A stretch of DNA of 64,000 nucleotides, taken from positions 4,464,001 to 4,528,000 of the forward strand of contig OZ241828.1 of the NCBI GenBank assembly GCA_965202585.1. Direction: 5' to 3'. A program made the translations under genes and the position numbers. The notes beneath the pieces were generated by a model. The model searched no databases. It worked only from the letters and a program-made list of their open reading frames with translations, and was not told the DNA's origin. Positions 27,597 to 40,981 of this stretch are shown piece by piece; position 1 is the first letter of the stretch, and each line of letters opens with the position of its first letter. This DNA is from Thalia democratica. Lineage: Eukaryota.

Positions 27597-28536
27597 TTAA
27601 TGAAAAGTGTAAATTTAACAAAAACGCTTTGTTGTCAACAGAAATTTATTTACTTGATACAGAAAGTTACTTAGATAGTACTATATTTTTAGAGAATTTA
27701 AACATATGTACTAGTTTTACTTACTTACTTAAGATAAAGCAGTAACTGTTAATTTGAATTATCTTGGTAAAGATTTGAATAGTTAAACTTAGTTTTTAAT
27801 GAAATTGTGTCGCACTGTTTACAATTTAGTTTCCTAAAACTTTACTCTGTGAAGAAAGTTTTTTATAATATACAACGTTGAATATAAAAAAATAGTTGTT
27901 AGCATTATACATTAATATTCTAGTTTGATATATTTATTAATATTAAATGTTCTTTTAATTCATACCAATAGAAAAAAATATACAGTTTGCATTTTTAATA
28001 TTTTGGAAAAAAGACGACAAATAAATGTTTAATCAACACTTAATGTACTTATAATAATTTGAAAGTAGTATGTTTTAATTTGTAAACATAATCTAATCTA
28101 AAATAAAATAAAAACTGTTTAAAATAATTTAACTTCAAAAGATATTCTTAATATTGTTTTTTAAAAATAAAATTTATTTAAAGTTGTTTTTAGAGTTGTT
28201 TAATTTAAAATACTTCAATTTATTTTTGTGAACTTGCAAGGGTTTACTACGATTAAAAAAACTTGTACCAATATTTTTTAAAAAAACATTTTAATAATTG
28301 CATATACATTGAACGCGACTAACTATCAACTTATTAATAGATAGACACACTTATTAATAACTTTGTTTTATGTAGTTCGAATTAAAAATACTAATGTATA
28401 ACACAGTTTTTAAAACAAAGCCAATATCTCAACGCAATAAAATCTTAAACCAAATTAGAATTTTGTTTATAACAGAAGTAATGAAATTTTTTTTCTAGTG
28501 TTTTTAGATATTTGCAAAATATTTAAACAATACTCT

Positions 28537-31500
28537 AAGTGTTTGAAGTCAGACAGTTTAAAACAGGAAATACAATATAATAAACTAACTATAAAAAATT
28601 AGTAAAATTTGACAAATTTGCTAAAAAACTAATTGTATAATTTAAAAACTTGTTAAAATTAAATTAAATTTAACTAAAAAAAATAAATAACATACTTTTC
28701 AATAAATTGGTATATATTTTTAACCTTAAAATACGGATAAAACCTTGCTTAGTACTATGTTTTAAATTTTATAAATAAAATAATTAAACTTTACTAATAC
28801 CTTGTTGCCGAGGTCTAAATTTTTTTTTATTTAATTAAACTGAAGCTTTTTACACTTCAATTTTTTTTAACTATTTTTTCTAAATTAGGAATACTTTGTT
28901 TTTAGTTAGTTTATGAATGTAGGAATACTTTTTGTGTTTTTTAATGTAGTTAATAAGTTTTAAAAGTAGGGTTATTTTAATTTTTTTCAGGCTCTCAATA
29001 AACTTTTAGATTTTAGATTTTATGGACTCGTTTTGGATAATTATGATATAAATTTTTTATTTATTAATACAAAATTTACAAACAATTATATTTTATACTA
29101 TTTTGTGTTAGTACTTTACTTTAGTCTATGTTTGTATTTTGAAAAACTAACAAAAAATATTTTTTATCATAACAAATCAATAAAACATTGTGACAGATAA
29201 CATAATTTAGCATGTATTAAACAAAACTTTGTGTAAAATAAATAAAACTTAAACTATTTTTAACGTTGACGTGTCTGATATTTAAAAGATTAGTTGAATT
29301 AAAACTTTTTTCCAGGTCTGTTTAATTTGTTAAGTTTTTATAGTTTTACTGAAAGAGGAAGTCATCGGGTGAAACTACTTTAGTTTACTTAGAATCATTT
29401 AAAAATGATGAAAATAGTTTAATAACTGGCTAATAAAGTTTGCTACTTCAGTACTAGACTCATAATACTTTAAATATAATCTTGAAGTTTTTCAAAAGAT
29501 CGACTTATACAATTAGATAACTAGGTAACTAAACAAACCTCAGAATTTGAGTTTATATTATTAAAATAACTTTGTTTTTACGTCAGGTTTTACTGGTCTC
29601 ACTATTTAACACTAATTATCTGTTAATGTTTTTTTTTTACTTTTTTTAACTATTTATATCAATTAATAAACTAATACACTTATATTGTTACAAAATTGCT
29701 AATCTATTATTTAACTCCGGCATATAAAACTTTATTTTAATTTACTATACAATTTTATAGGGTTTTAAACGTTTAAAGTTTTGAGTTGTTTAATTTATAT
29801 TAGATACGCGTATCCTTATTATACAGTTTAAATATTATTAATTGTATAAAACATGTTAATATTTTTTTAAGAAAAAAACGTTTATGGTTTCAATACTAAT
29901 AACATAAATCGTTTGCTAATATACTAAATACTAGTTTATAATTCAACTGAAATATGAAAACTAGTATACTTATTATTTCATTTATTAATCAAATTAGTTT
30001 TTTGGGCTTTGAATTTGTAAAAATATTTATTGTATTAAAGCGAAAGCGTTTATTATAATTTATTAAAATAATGTTTTATCAAAATAAAATAACTTTAAAG
30101 TTAAACATTTTTTTACGAAGTTGAAATTAGTTTAGTTTTTTATAAATTCTTGGGCACATGTCAATATATTAGTAATATACTTTGCTTACTATTAAATAAA
30201 AAAGCATTACAAGTAGATTTATTTAAAACTGTAAGAGTTGAACGTTACGATATTGTTCAAGTAGTAGTGTAAGCTTTTAAACTCATAAATAACAAAGTTT
30301 AATAAATTTCAATTGCCATTTACAAGTGTTTAACAGAAGAAGTTTTAATTATTGAAAAGAATATAAAACATTTTAGCCGCTTCTTTAAACTATAAATAAA
30401 AGTTTGAAGAGAAAGTTAATTACCAATGGTTTTGAAATACTTTTGTAAACATTAAATCTTGACGCAAAAGCTCTTTAAATCAATTCGCTGCAACTAGGAT
30501 AACTTATGTTGTAAACAGATTTTTTATTTTATTTAAACTCTATGTCCAGTTTGCAGCCCAGTAGGTTATAGTTCTAGAGAACTACGGTGTGGAATTTATT
30601 AGGTGAAAAACAAACATAGGTGTTAGATAATTGAGGATTTTTTACATTTTAGAGGTACAAACTTTATTGATTTAGAGTCGAACTAAAGCAAATAATCACA
30701 AAATTGTTTTTTAATTGAGATATTAAGTTCAATAATATTACTTTTATTTAGTAAAATTTAGTATAAGTTGTAACTTATCAAATGATTAAATATCTTAAAC
30801 ATTATTTTCATTAGACTACTATTCAATAAACAAAATTTAATGATAATCTTTTTAATAAAGTTTTAAACTATCTTTAAAGTTCAAAAGCTCAATACTTTTT
30901 TTTCAAACACCTCATTAAACTAACAATTTTTAAACACCAAGCTAAACAAATTTATATTTTTCTTCTTCCAATTTATAAAATGACATTAAATACAATTTTA
31001 AAGATTGTTTTACTATATAAAACAATACCATTTAAGGCTGTTTTTTTACTTAAATCTTCATCGTTTAAATTATAAAAAGTAATGTCTCCTTAAGTTTCTG
31101 TGAATAAACTTACGTATAAAATTTAATTTGAATCTAGAGATTTTTTTTTGATGAGTGTGAAGTATCTGTTCCTATTTGAACGACGTGAAAACCATTTAAA
31201 ACAAACATCACATCTAAATGGTCTATCTCCAGTGTGAATTCTAATATTATCATTTAAACTTGATTTTCGAGAAAACTTCTTTTTGCAAATATCACATTTA
31301 TATAGTTTTGCTTTAGTGTGAACCAACATATGTTGTTTTAATTGGCTTTTTTGATTAAAATTCTTCTCACATAAATCACAGTGAAAGTCTTTCTTACCAC
31401 TATGAATCAACATGTGTCTTGTCAAGCTTTTTATCAGAGCAAAACTTTTGTCACACTCTTCACATTTAAACGGTTTATCATCAGTATGAACTATTTTATG

Positions 31501-31758
31501 ACGTTTCAAATTACCTCTCTGTGCAAAACATCTTTTACAAACATCAGATTTATACATCTTCAATCCAGAATGAGTTGATTGATGTTGGGTCAAATTACTC
31601 TTCCATTTAAAACTTTTATCACATATATCACAATTATATGGTTTTTCACCAGTATGAACTTTTTTGTGACAAATAAGTAATGAATTACGATTAAAAAATT
31701 TCCCAAAAGTTTTACAAATATGATGCTTTTTATTATGCAAAGTTGTAGCAATATTCAT
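28537..31758. repeat. Segmental duplication unit (3' flank plus ZF locus 6), paralogous to 50401-53871
   Basis: Shared ordered anchors: aagtgtttgaagtcag, cttgttgccgaggtctaaa, tatgaatgtagga, aaaagatcgacttatacaattagataactaggtaact, aacgtttatggttt-aatactaataacataaatcgt, aaaactgtaagagttga-cgttacgatattgttc. Confidence 0.9.
31123..31758 (-). pseudogene. Open but degenerate C2H2 zinc-finger ORF, probably a pseudogene (ZF locus 6)
   Basis: 211-aa ORF, but finger 1 is CxxF, finger 3 has Cys-to-Ser, finger 6 has His-to-Asn, and finger 7 has His-to-Tyr plus a terminal frameshift. The upstream acceptor reads CTG where locus 4 has CAG. Confidence 0.65.
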
Positions 31759-32889
31759 AATTTAAAATCAGAAATATCTTTTTGAAAAACTTTTTACATT
31801 ACTAATAGTTATTTATATTAATAAAGAAGATAAGCTACATACAGTTACGATAGTTAAAATAGATTCAACAAAAAATGTTTAACTTAGTATTTTAATTTGA
31901 TAATGGCTAATTATATGTCGATACTGTAGTCATATGTGGTATCAGAAAAGCAAATGTTGTGTTGTAATTAAAACTCGTAAATATGAAATTACGTCATTAA
32001 TTACATAGCTTATTGTTAAAAGATAAAAGTATGATGTAACATTGATTTTTAAAAGATTTTACTTTTTTATTTCTCAAAAACTGTTGTGCTTACGATAAAA
32101 AAAACTAGCCTTTTAGTTTATAGTAAAATGTTTATAGTAAAATGTTTAGTGTTTTAAAATAAGGTAACTACCAACATTACAACATTGTATTGATAAAGGT
32201 TGATCAAAAAACTCGACTAAGTATTTATACTTAATCTTGTAACTATTAAATATAAAACCAGAGTTTACTATGATTTGACAATTACAGTCAAAAAATCACA
32301 TACTTTTCTAAAATAACCTCACGTTAAATGTTCTTTTAGCGATAAGTAAAGATAAGTATTCTAATTAAAGCTTATATTCTTTCATATTTAAAATACAAAC
32401 ACTATTTAAATAAAAACATCTAGCCTCAAAATCTGAATTTTTACGTTTTTAATTGTGATTGTAGCTGATGTGAGTAATTGCTGATACTGATTAACGATAT
32501 CATTTACTGCTTGATTTTTAACTATAAATGATCAATACTTTTAAACAAAATAGATACTGTAGTTTGTGATAAGGTTAAGATTGCTAACCTTTCTTTATCA
32601 CGTACTTTATAATTTTGTTTTTAATTTTTAATCAAATGTTATAAGTGTTTTAGAAACTTTTTTACTTTTTTACTTACTTAATTTTTTTGAAACTTTTATT
32701 AAATATTTCTTAAGAACACTTTTTTATTACAATCTATGTGTATATTTAGATTTTATTTTAGCATACAAGCTAATTAATAGTTATAAAACAGGAAATAGTT
32801 TATATAATACAAAACTAATACTTGTAAACTCACTATTTTAAAAGCACAGCGTTGGAAAAGTGTTAAGTTTAATCTATTATTATATTTAC

Positions 32890-32891
<2 letters not shown>

Positions 32892-32926
<35 letters not shown>
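32892..32926. repeat. (TA)n microsatellite
   Basis: Perfect alternating AT run of 35 bp. Confidence 0.95.
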
Positions 32927-32928
<2 letters not shown>

Positions 32929-33965
32929 TTATGGTTATAGATAGTAAATTTAATAATGTTCGTTGTTACTAATAGTTAAGGAGTTAAAACCATAGGCAAA
33001 CTAATGCTAAATTTTTAAAAACATTAATATATTATATATAAATTTTTCTAAAAAAATCTTTTTCAAAAACACAACACATTATGAACTAATTAAAAGTTTA
33101 ACAAAAATTAAAATTTAGGTTATTGTGTTGGAAACAATTCTTTTCATTGAATAAGTGTTTCTAAACTTACTAGCTTAGTAGCATATTAAAATATTACCAT
33201 AGGTGATTTACTATACTTAATATTTTTACAACTCATCGTGTTTACGTATGTTTATTTACTAGTTAATCTATTTTTTATTTATCGTTTTATAAGCTATAAC
33301 TACAACAATGATTGAATAGATTTTCAGCATTAAATATAATTTTACTTACGACAGTTGTAGTAAAATACTTTTTGCACAACAAGGATAACTACTATTTGTT
33401 TACTTAAACTATATTAATTGTTTTGATACATCTAAAAGTTATTAAATTATACAGCCGAAAAATCCGCTAAATAAAAAGCTTATACTAATATTTTATTCTA
33501 AGACACTTTATGTTTTATGTGAACGTTAAATAATTAAATACTTTTATTTTTTTAAATTCTTAAACACTTCAAATAGGTTTTTATATAGTGACTAAGTTAA
33601 AAGAAAAAAGTAAAACCGTTTATTACGATTATAATTTTTAAAATAAAGTAAAATATTTTGTCAACAACATGTTAGAACATACTTTACACGTTGATCGTTA
33701 TTACGAAAATGAAAAAAAAAATTCTTAGCTCTTTGTTAGAAAATTAAAAAAATGTGAAAACGGTTAACTTACTAATTATAAAAAGAAAACTAAAACATGC
33801 ACTAAAACTTTTTAATAAAAATTAAATTTTTTTTCATATCTAAAAGTGATTTAAAGACTTCTGTACTGTAAAATTAAATAGCTTTTATTTCTAATAAACT
33901 TTAAAGAAATGTTAACTGTTTTACCGAATTAAAAGTATTACGATTTATAGCTGCTATAATAATTT
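32925..33965. repeat. Upstream module, copy C, about 1.2-2.2 kb 5' of ZF locus 6
   Basis: Colinear with 5325-6335 (same anchors as copy B). Confidence 0.85.
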
Positions 33966-36491
33966 TTCCTTCAAAAATAATAAAAATAATAATACATAAA
34001 ACGTTTATGATTATGACTTTATTTCAAAAATAATTTATAAATGCAATAACTAGACATCCTTTCAACGCCCTATTAAACTAAATAATTTTTTTCTCGACAA
34101 TATTCTACAAGTTTTGTTGATGCTTATAGCTGAAACTGGGGTCACTAATTTTTTTTTCGCAGAAATAGAATTCAAGCCATCCAATTGTACAAAAACCAAA
34201 TTCAATAAATTTCATCCAAAGTTTTGAAGCTATCACTGGATGGTAATTAAGAAAACAACTTTGTCTTGTTTTTTTACAGAACAATTCTACTAAAATAAGA
34301 AAAAAAGTTCATCTCTAAAATTAATAGGGCAATATTAAAATATAAATTGTTGTAGATAAAAGTTTAAACAGAATAAATTATCTGCTTAACTACAAATAAT
34401 ATACAGGTGCATAAAACAGAATAGTTGCGTATTTTTTATTTTTTTATATTATTCACCTTTTAAACTAAAATTGTATAAATGCTTCACAGCTTCGTTTACT
34501 TTAGTACTTGATATTTGTAATTGCTTTTGATTTAGCATGATACATAAATGTTTCATTTTTAAAATAACTTAAATTTTTAATTTTCTTTTTTTTTGTCATT
34601 TGCAAAGGGTAAGTTGTAGTTATTTTTTTTATCTAAAATTAGCTAAATTAATCTACAACTAATCAAATGATCAATAACGTATACAAGTCAAAATAAAAAT
34701 CAAACTTCTTAAAAATTTACAGCCATTAAGCTAGTTTTACAGGTCAGTAGACAATAGTTTTCAATTTTTAAAGTATTTTAAAACATATACATCCAAATGT
34801 ATACAAACAAAATTAGATAATAACTATCGGATGTTTTAAGTTAATTGTTGTTTTCATCTAAAGTTCTAAAGCTATCATTAGACGGTTATTAAAAAGTAAG
34901 TTGTATTGTTTATTTACGACCAATTCTGCTAAACTAAAAAATTAGGTTTATTTGTGATATTTAGAGGACAACATTAAATAACATTTTTAAGTTTGTTAAA
35001 GAATCGTTGTAAGAAAAATTTAGATAAAAATTTAGATTTTAAAAACTTCTACAGCAAGTTATATTTGATTAACAACAATACATCTAAGGAAAAAAATAAA
35101 AGAGCACATACCAAAATGTGTAGAAATCTTTGCCTTTCAGATAAGAAATATGATATACCGGTCAAGATTTTAATGCATCTAAACATTCATCTATAGCAAA
35201 ACACTTATTGAGTAATTCAACTTGTGCAAACAGTTAGAATACAAATAGGCTTAAAATTATAAACATGTAGTAATGTTTTTGATTTGATTAAATTAGAAGC
35301 CAATTGTATTTAATTAAGGAAACCTGTTTTATGTAAGCAAAAAAATTTGACCATACTATTTCTTTATTTTCGTAACGCTTTATAAAAATTGTTTTTATTT
35401 TGTTTTATTTTACTGCAAATCAAATATAACGTAAGTAAACTAATATGAAGTTGAATTTCTAGATGATTCGAATTTAACCAGTCTGGCTAGCCACACGTTG
35501 ATGAACAATTTTTCAAGTAAATGCCAAGATTTGAAAGAACTATTCTTACAAAGAAAAATCATATGTTTGCAATTCAACGAGAAATCGCAGCAATACAAAG
35601 AAATCTCAAACAATTGATGAAAAAAAAAAACTATCTTAGATACAATTAATGGTAAAATTAGTATTATACAGTTGGGACTGAAGAAAAAGTTTAATAGTAA
35701 CTAAAAATGGTAAGTTACATACTTACATATTAGAAGTTCAAACATGAATAGTAAGGGTAAACTAAATATTAATTCTTCATTTCATAACCCTCAAATTTGT
35801 AATGCTCACCAATTTAAAAGTGTTCATGTAATAGTTATCAATAATATTCATTTATTTTTTTTATAGCATGTAAAAATTACTATTACGTTTGATGAAGTTT
35901 TATTAGTATTAACTAAGAATAAACAAATTAAAATCATAATTAAACAAAACATTACCAAAAGTTTTAGTCAATCCTTAATAGTTTAAAAAGTTATACAATT
36001 TTAGAAATACATATTTAGCAAAGTATATTATAAAGATAACTATTAAATGTTCAACAAGTCAATTTGATGCATATAAAGTTAGATTAACTTTAAAACTTTC
36101 AAACCACTTAACTTAAAAACGACAAAAATATCATGGGTTTAATACAAATCATCATAAATTATATATCATCATAGTTAAAATATAAAAATAAAGTTATGGT
36201 AACAATGATACACAATACAAATTATAATTTTCAGCATGGCAGAAAGTTATGATATCAAAAAAAATTATAGTACAAAAAATTAAAAGTATAGCTTTTTTAT
36301 ATAATTAAAAATGAATACTACTTTAAATCATTTTGTGTCTATGGCTAAAACGACTTGAATTAGCTGGTTTTTCAGATATAAAAATAACATTACTTTAGAC
36401 TTACAGCTTAGCAAGCACTAGTTAATACTAACTGCATTTATCCTAAAAAACCTTAAAAAAATAAATAAGTGATAAATTTCATAAATAGTTA

Positions 36492-37121
36492 TTAATTTTG
36501 ATGAATACGCAAATGTCTGATTCTATGGGATTGGTCTGAAAATCTTCTACCACAAAAATCACACCTAAATGGTCTATCTCCAGTGTGAATTCTAATGTGA
36601 GTGTTTAAACTTGATTTCCGTGAAAACTTCTTCTTGCAAACTTCACATTCATGATGCTTTTCTTTTGTGTGAGTCAACATGTGCTGTGTCAAAACGTATT
36701 TCAGAGCAAACATTTTTTGACAGACATCACATTGAAAATCTTTCTTACCACTATGGATCAACATGTGTCTTGTCAAGCTATATTTAAAAGCAAAACATTT
36801 ATTACACTGTTCACATTCAAAGGGCTTATCATCAGTATGAACTATTGCATGGCGTTTTAGATGACTTCTTCGCGAAAAACATCTTTTGCAAACATCACAT
36901 TGATAAATCTTCAAACCGGAATGAGTAACTTGATGTATTTTTAAGTGAGCTTTTCTTTTAAAACGTTTAGCACAAACATCACAGCTATAAGGTCTTTCAT
37001 CTGAATGAACTCTTTTGTGTCTAACTAATGATAATTTTGAATCAAAAATTTTTTTACAATTATCACATGAAACTAGCTTTTTACCGTTAGATAACTTTAA
37101 CCATTTGTGATCAGTATCCAT
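36492..37121 (-). CDS. C2H2 zinc-finger protein, 7 fingers, intact (ZF locus 7)
   Basis: 209-aa ORF with 7 complete fingers and family linkers. Acceptor ctttcaacag 9 nt upstream of the ATG. Confidence 0.94.
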   Translation of the reverse strand: MDTDHKWLKLSNGKKLVSCDNCKKIFDSKLSLVRHKRVHSDERPYSCDVCAKRFKRKAHLKIHQVTHSGLKIYQCDVCKRCFSRRSHLKRHAIVHTDDKPFECEQCNKCFAFKYSLTRHMLIHSGKKDFQCDVCQKMFALKYVLTQHMLTHTKEKHHECEVCKKKFSRKSSLNTHIRIHTGDRPFRCDFCGRRFSDQSHRIRHLRIHQN

Positions 37122-38228
37122 TTTATTAAGCTGTTGAAAGTAATATTTTCCTAATCAACTTCAATTATCTCTTTTAACTAAAGTCAATCATAAAGAAAGA
37201 AAAAAACGTGTTACTAAGTATTTGATATTTACTATTTTTATATCATAAAACTAACAAATTTTACAAAATTACTTAACAGTTTAAAATAATTTCAATCGAC
37301 TGATGTTAGCTATAAACAATAATTGATACTTTCCAAATAAATACAGTAGTTAAAGTATAAACTATTTAAAACTGTATCATTTTCCAAAGAGTTTTTTATT
37401 TTTGTTAGTTTTCAATATAATGATATGTTCATATTTTCTTTCAGGAAACCTTTCTTTTTTGAAGATGTTATAAGAAAAGTATGACAGTAGTTAAACTTAA
37501 GAAATATTAAAAAAAACTGATATTTAAAGTTTGTATTTACTTATTTTTTTATTGGAACATCATGTATTTTAATTTCTAACTTTTAAACATACACTATTGT
37601 CTTATAAATACAGAATATTTTAGTTAATAAACTTTTTAATACTTTCTTAGATGAAATTTAAAATTAGTATAGGTTTTTTTTCTAGTTGAAACTATTACAA
37701 AATATTGTAATATTTAAAATATTTAAATTGTTTTACATTTTATTATACGAAATAATTTTTTAGTAGCTTTAAAAAAGTTCATTGCATATTTAATTTCATA
37801 AAGTAAAGTTCATTATGTTATATGAAATTTATATTAAACGCTTTTGGCTCTAGTCTAAAATAAAATGTAACTGTAATATAGTTTTTAACCACATTAGTAC
37901 TAAGTTACATCTTTAGTTACATATACTGATGTAATTAGTTAATTAATCTAGTTGTTATAACTACTAAGCTCCTAAATAAAGTAAGAATTCGACACGGTAC
38001 AAGTAAAAGTGTTCTCCACAAGGCTGATTTGTGATTAGAATATTAAATGGCAATGTTCTATGATATTATACAGATACGTTTTAACGTTAAATATGAAAAT
38101 TAAACAAAAACATTATATTTACAATTTATTTAGCTTTAAATAGACAATAGTTAAATTTATCTATGTTTCTAAACTTATAAATACTTGTCGTTGTACGTTG
38201 TCAACAAAATTATACTCGATTATAGAAA

Positions 38229-38262
38229 TGGGCCCGCGGCGTGAAAGTGGCCGGCCCGTGAA
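38229..38262. mobile_element. Short remnant with GGCCCG(C/T)G motifs resembling hAT subterminal repeats
   Basis: tgggcccgcggcgtgaaagtggccggcccgtg resembles the GGCCCGCG repeats at 61660-61780. Confidence 0.35.
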
Positions 38263-39009
38263 TATAAATTGATGGTCTGCCATACAGTCAAAAAATTCTA
38301 TAGAATAGGGTCCTCCAGGATCAATATTACTAAAATTGTATAAAAATCATTATTATAGTAACTGTAAATTGACGCTAAAATTATGTTTAAAAGGGCTTTA
38401 TAATTATTGTGTGCATATAAAAATTCCGTTTATCTTTACTTTTCGATCTAACTCAGTTTTAATATTATTTTCATTAATTATCTCAAGCAAAATTAGTGTT
38501 TTTGTTTCATAACGAGTCGACTTCTAGTAGACAGTTTATTTTGATTAAAAATCATTTTGTAAAATAGAAAATTAAAAAAATTATGGGGTAAAACTTTAGT
38601 TAATTGTGTTTAAGTACGTTCTCTAATTTTACTGAACCTGAAACTTCCGCATGATTATGTCGTCTTCTTAAATTCCTTTTATAGAGTGTAAACTTTGAAG
38701 TAATACACTGTAAAAATAGGGCGAACAGTTTTTAATAATATTTAAATGAAGTTGTCAAAGTGACTAGATTTTATATAGTTTAGACGTAAATAGTTAAAGT
38801 TTTAATTATAAGTTTTAATTAATAAAACGTAGGCATTCATTTTTGTTATAATGACTAATTTAAAAATTATAATTTTAAGAAAATTTTTTTTTCAAAACTT
38901 TACTAAAAACTTAAATAAGTATAACATCAAAGACCAGTAAAAATATTAATTTTTATAGTGCTTTTAGTTTTTTTAATGGTTTTTCTTGAATTTTTTCTTA
39001 TAATATTTG

Positions 39010-39062
39010 GTGTCTGGACAAGCCGTTTAAAGGTATCCGCGGTGTGCGACTCGATAACTGAC
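39010..39062. repeat. About 55-bp dispersed repeat, copy 3 of 3
   Basis: ggacaagccgtttaaaggtatccgcggtgtgcgactcgataac is close to the 16143 copy. Confidence 0.65.
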
Positions 39063-40440
39063 CTTTAAGTGCAAGACAAAACATTTCTTTAGTTCCTAAG
39101 ACAATATGTTTCAAGCGATTTTTTTGTCGTTCAATAAAAATATAATTAGCATTTCAATACCATAAACATTACAGATTTAAACATTTAAATTATTTTTCTA
39201 AAGTTTACCATATGCACTTAGTTTAATTCTTCTACTAGTTATAATATATTTTGAAAAACTTTGATTGCAACCAATTTTTTTTGCAAAGTTAAAGTTTTTT
39301 TGCAAAATTGGAGTTCATATGTTTGTGCTTGTCTTATATACTTAGTTAGTTATAATTGCTCTTTGCCACAACTTGGTTATTTATTCTAACTGATAGAACA
39401 AAAGTTAGCTAATTAACTTTCTATTAAGTATATTTTTTATAAATCTAATTTTATTCGTTAAACAAATTTGCTCAAGTTTTTTAAACCAGAACGAAAATTT
39501 AAAAGTTATGTTATTTATTTTTAGTCAATTTAAACATGTTCAAGATTAACCTTTCTTTTTCTCTTAATAAATTTTCTTTATCTTACCTTGTAGTTTTAGT
39601 ACTACATTTACAATTAAAATTTATACATTTCAAATTGAAAAATATTTTATTTGACATAACAGTTCTATTGTTATTCTATCTCATTTATGTAATCATTATT
39701 TCTATATTTTTATCTTATTCATTAAGAAGCAAGTTAACATTAAAAAACAATTTAGGAGTCTCATAGTATAGTTTAGTTTCTAGTAAAAATATAAAAGAGT
39801 AAAAGTAGTAAGTGCGTACTTAATTACAAACAAAAAAAAACAATACTACTTAGTTATACATGTTTATATGAACTTCAGAATTTAATTAAAACAAAAAAAC
39901 TCATCTTACTCTTTGTAAACAACTACAAAGTTTGATTTTATTATATACTTAAAGAACAATAAAACTTCTCGATAATAAAATTGAAAACTAATTTGAAATG
40001 TCATTTAAATTATAAGAACTAAAGCTTTGTTAATGACTAAGTTATTAAATTATTAAGCGCATTTATATGTGTAGATCATTATTATTTCTAGTTTGTAGTA
40101 TGTAACAATAAATTTTCTCAATCTAATCGAATTAACTGTTTAAATGTTAATTGTTTAACAAAACTAATTTTCAACAAAAATAAATTGCTACAAAACAGTT
40201 TAAGAAAAAGTGTTATAACAACCAACAATTTTTCATTATTTAAGTTAAATTAGCAACTTTAAACACTTAATCAAATAGCATTTATACATATACAAATAGA
40301 TAGATATTTTAATCTAAATAGTTTAAGATTTTATTAACAACAAAAATTACACGTCAATGTTTAAAACAAGACCTTGAATATTCCAAGTTGTTGAAATCAG
40401 TCTATTTTTATTATGATTACATTAGTGAACGTTCCTGTAA

Positions 40441-40485
40441 AAATCTTCTTTCACAAACATCACATCCAAATGGACTATCTCCTGT
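40441..40485 (-). pseudogene. Isolated zinc-finger fragment (ZF locus 8)
   Basis: The reverse strand encodes TGDSPFGCDVCERRF, i.e. the family's last linker and the N-half of the terminal finger. Confidence 0.7.
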
Positions 40486-40981
40486 TTAAATGAAACTTTT
40501 AGAAATTGAAAAAATAATGGCTTGTATAAATTAATAAGACCTAAATTCCTTTTTATATTTATTTTTTACTTTATTTAACTTTTTGATATACGGTCTCTTA
40601 AAGACGTTTAAGAATTTGAATTGATATAATTTACTTTGTCCGAATTGTCATGTAACTAATTATTAAAAACCTTGAACTACTAGAATAGTTTTATTCTCTC
40701 AACAAACATCAAGTTAAAAAGTAAACTAAATTTTTAAAACAAATACATTCAAGTTCTAAACAGTTTTAGAATATAAACAAAGATATTTAAAGTTGAAACA
40801 TTTATTTAGTCAGATGAATAAATATAAATTCAGTCTTATAATTCTATTTAATTTATAACTGGCACTTTTATAAAATAACTAATATTCAAATAAAAAAAAG
40901 TAATTAATGAAACTTTACAATGTGTGTCATAAATTAATCTACAAACTAATAACTCTTTGAGTGTTGAATTTACAAGTTTTG

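Noticed and set aside
1907-39766. Short AT-rich ORFs at 1907, 11640, 19786, 34993 and 39536
   Set aside because: Low-complexity F/L/I/K/N composition, 64-81 aa, no motifs. Expected by chance, or lying inside a MITE.
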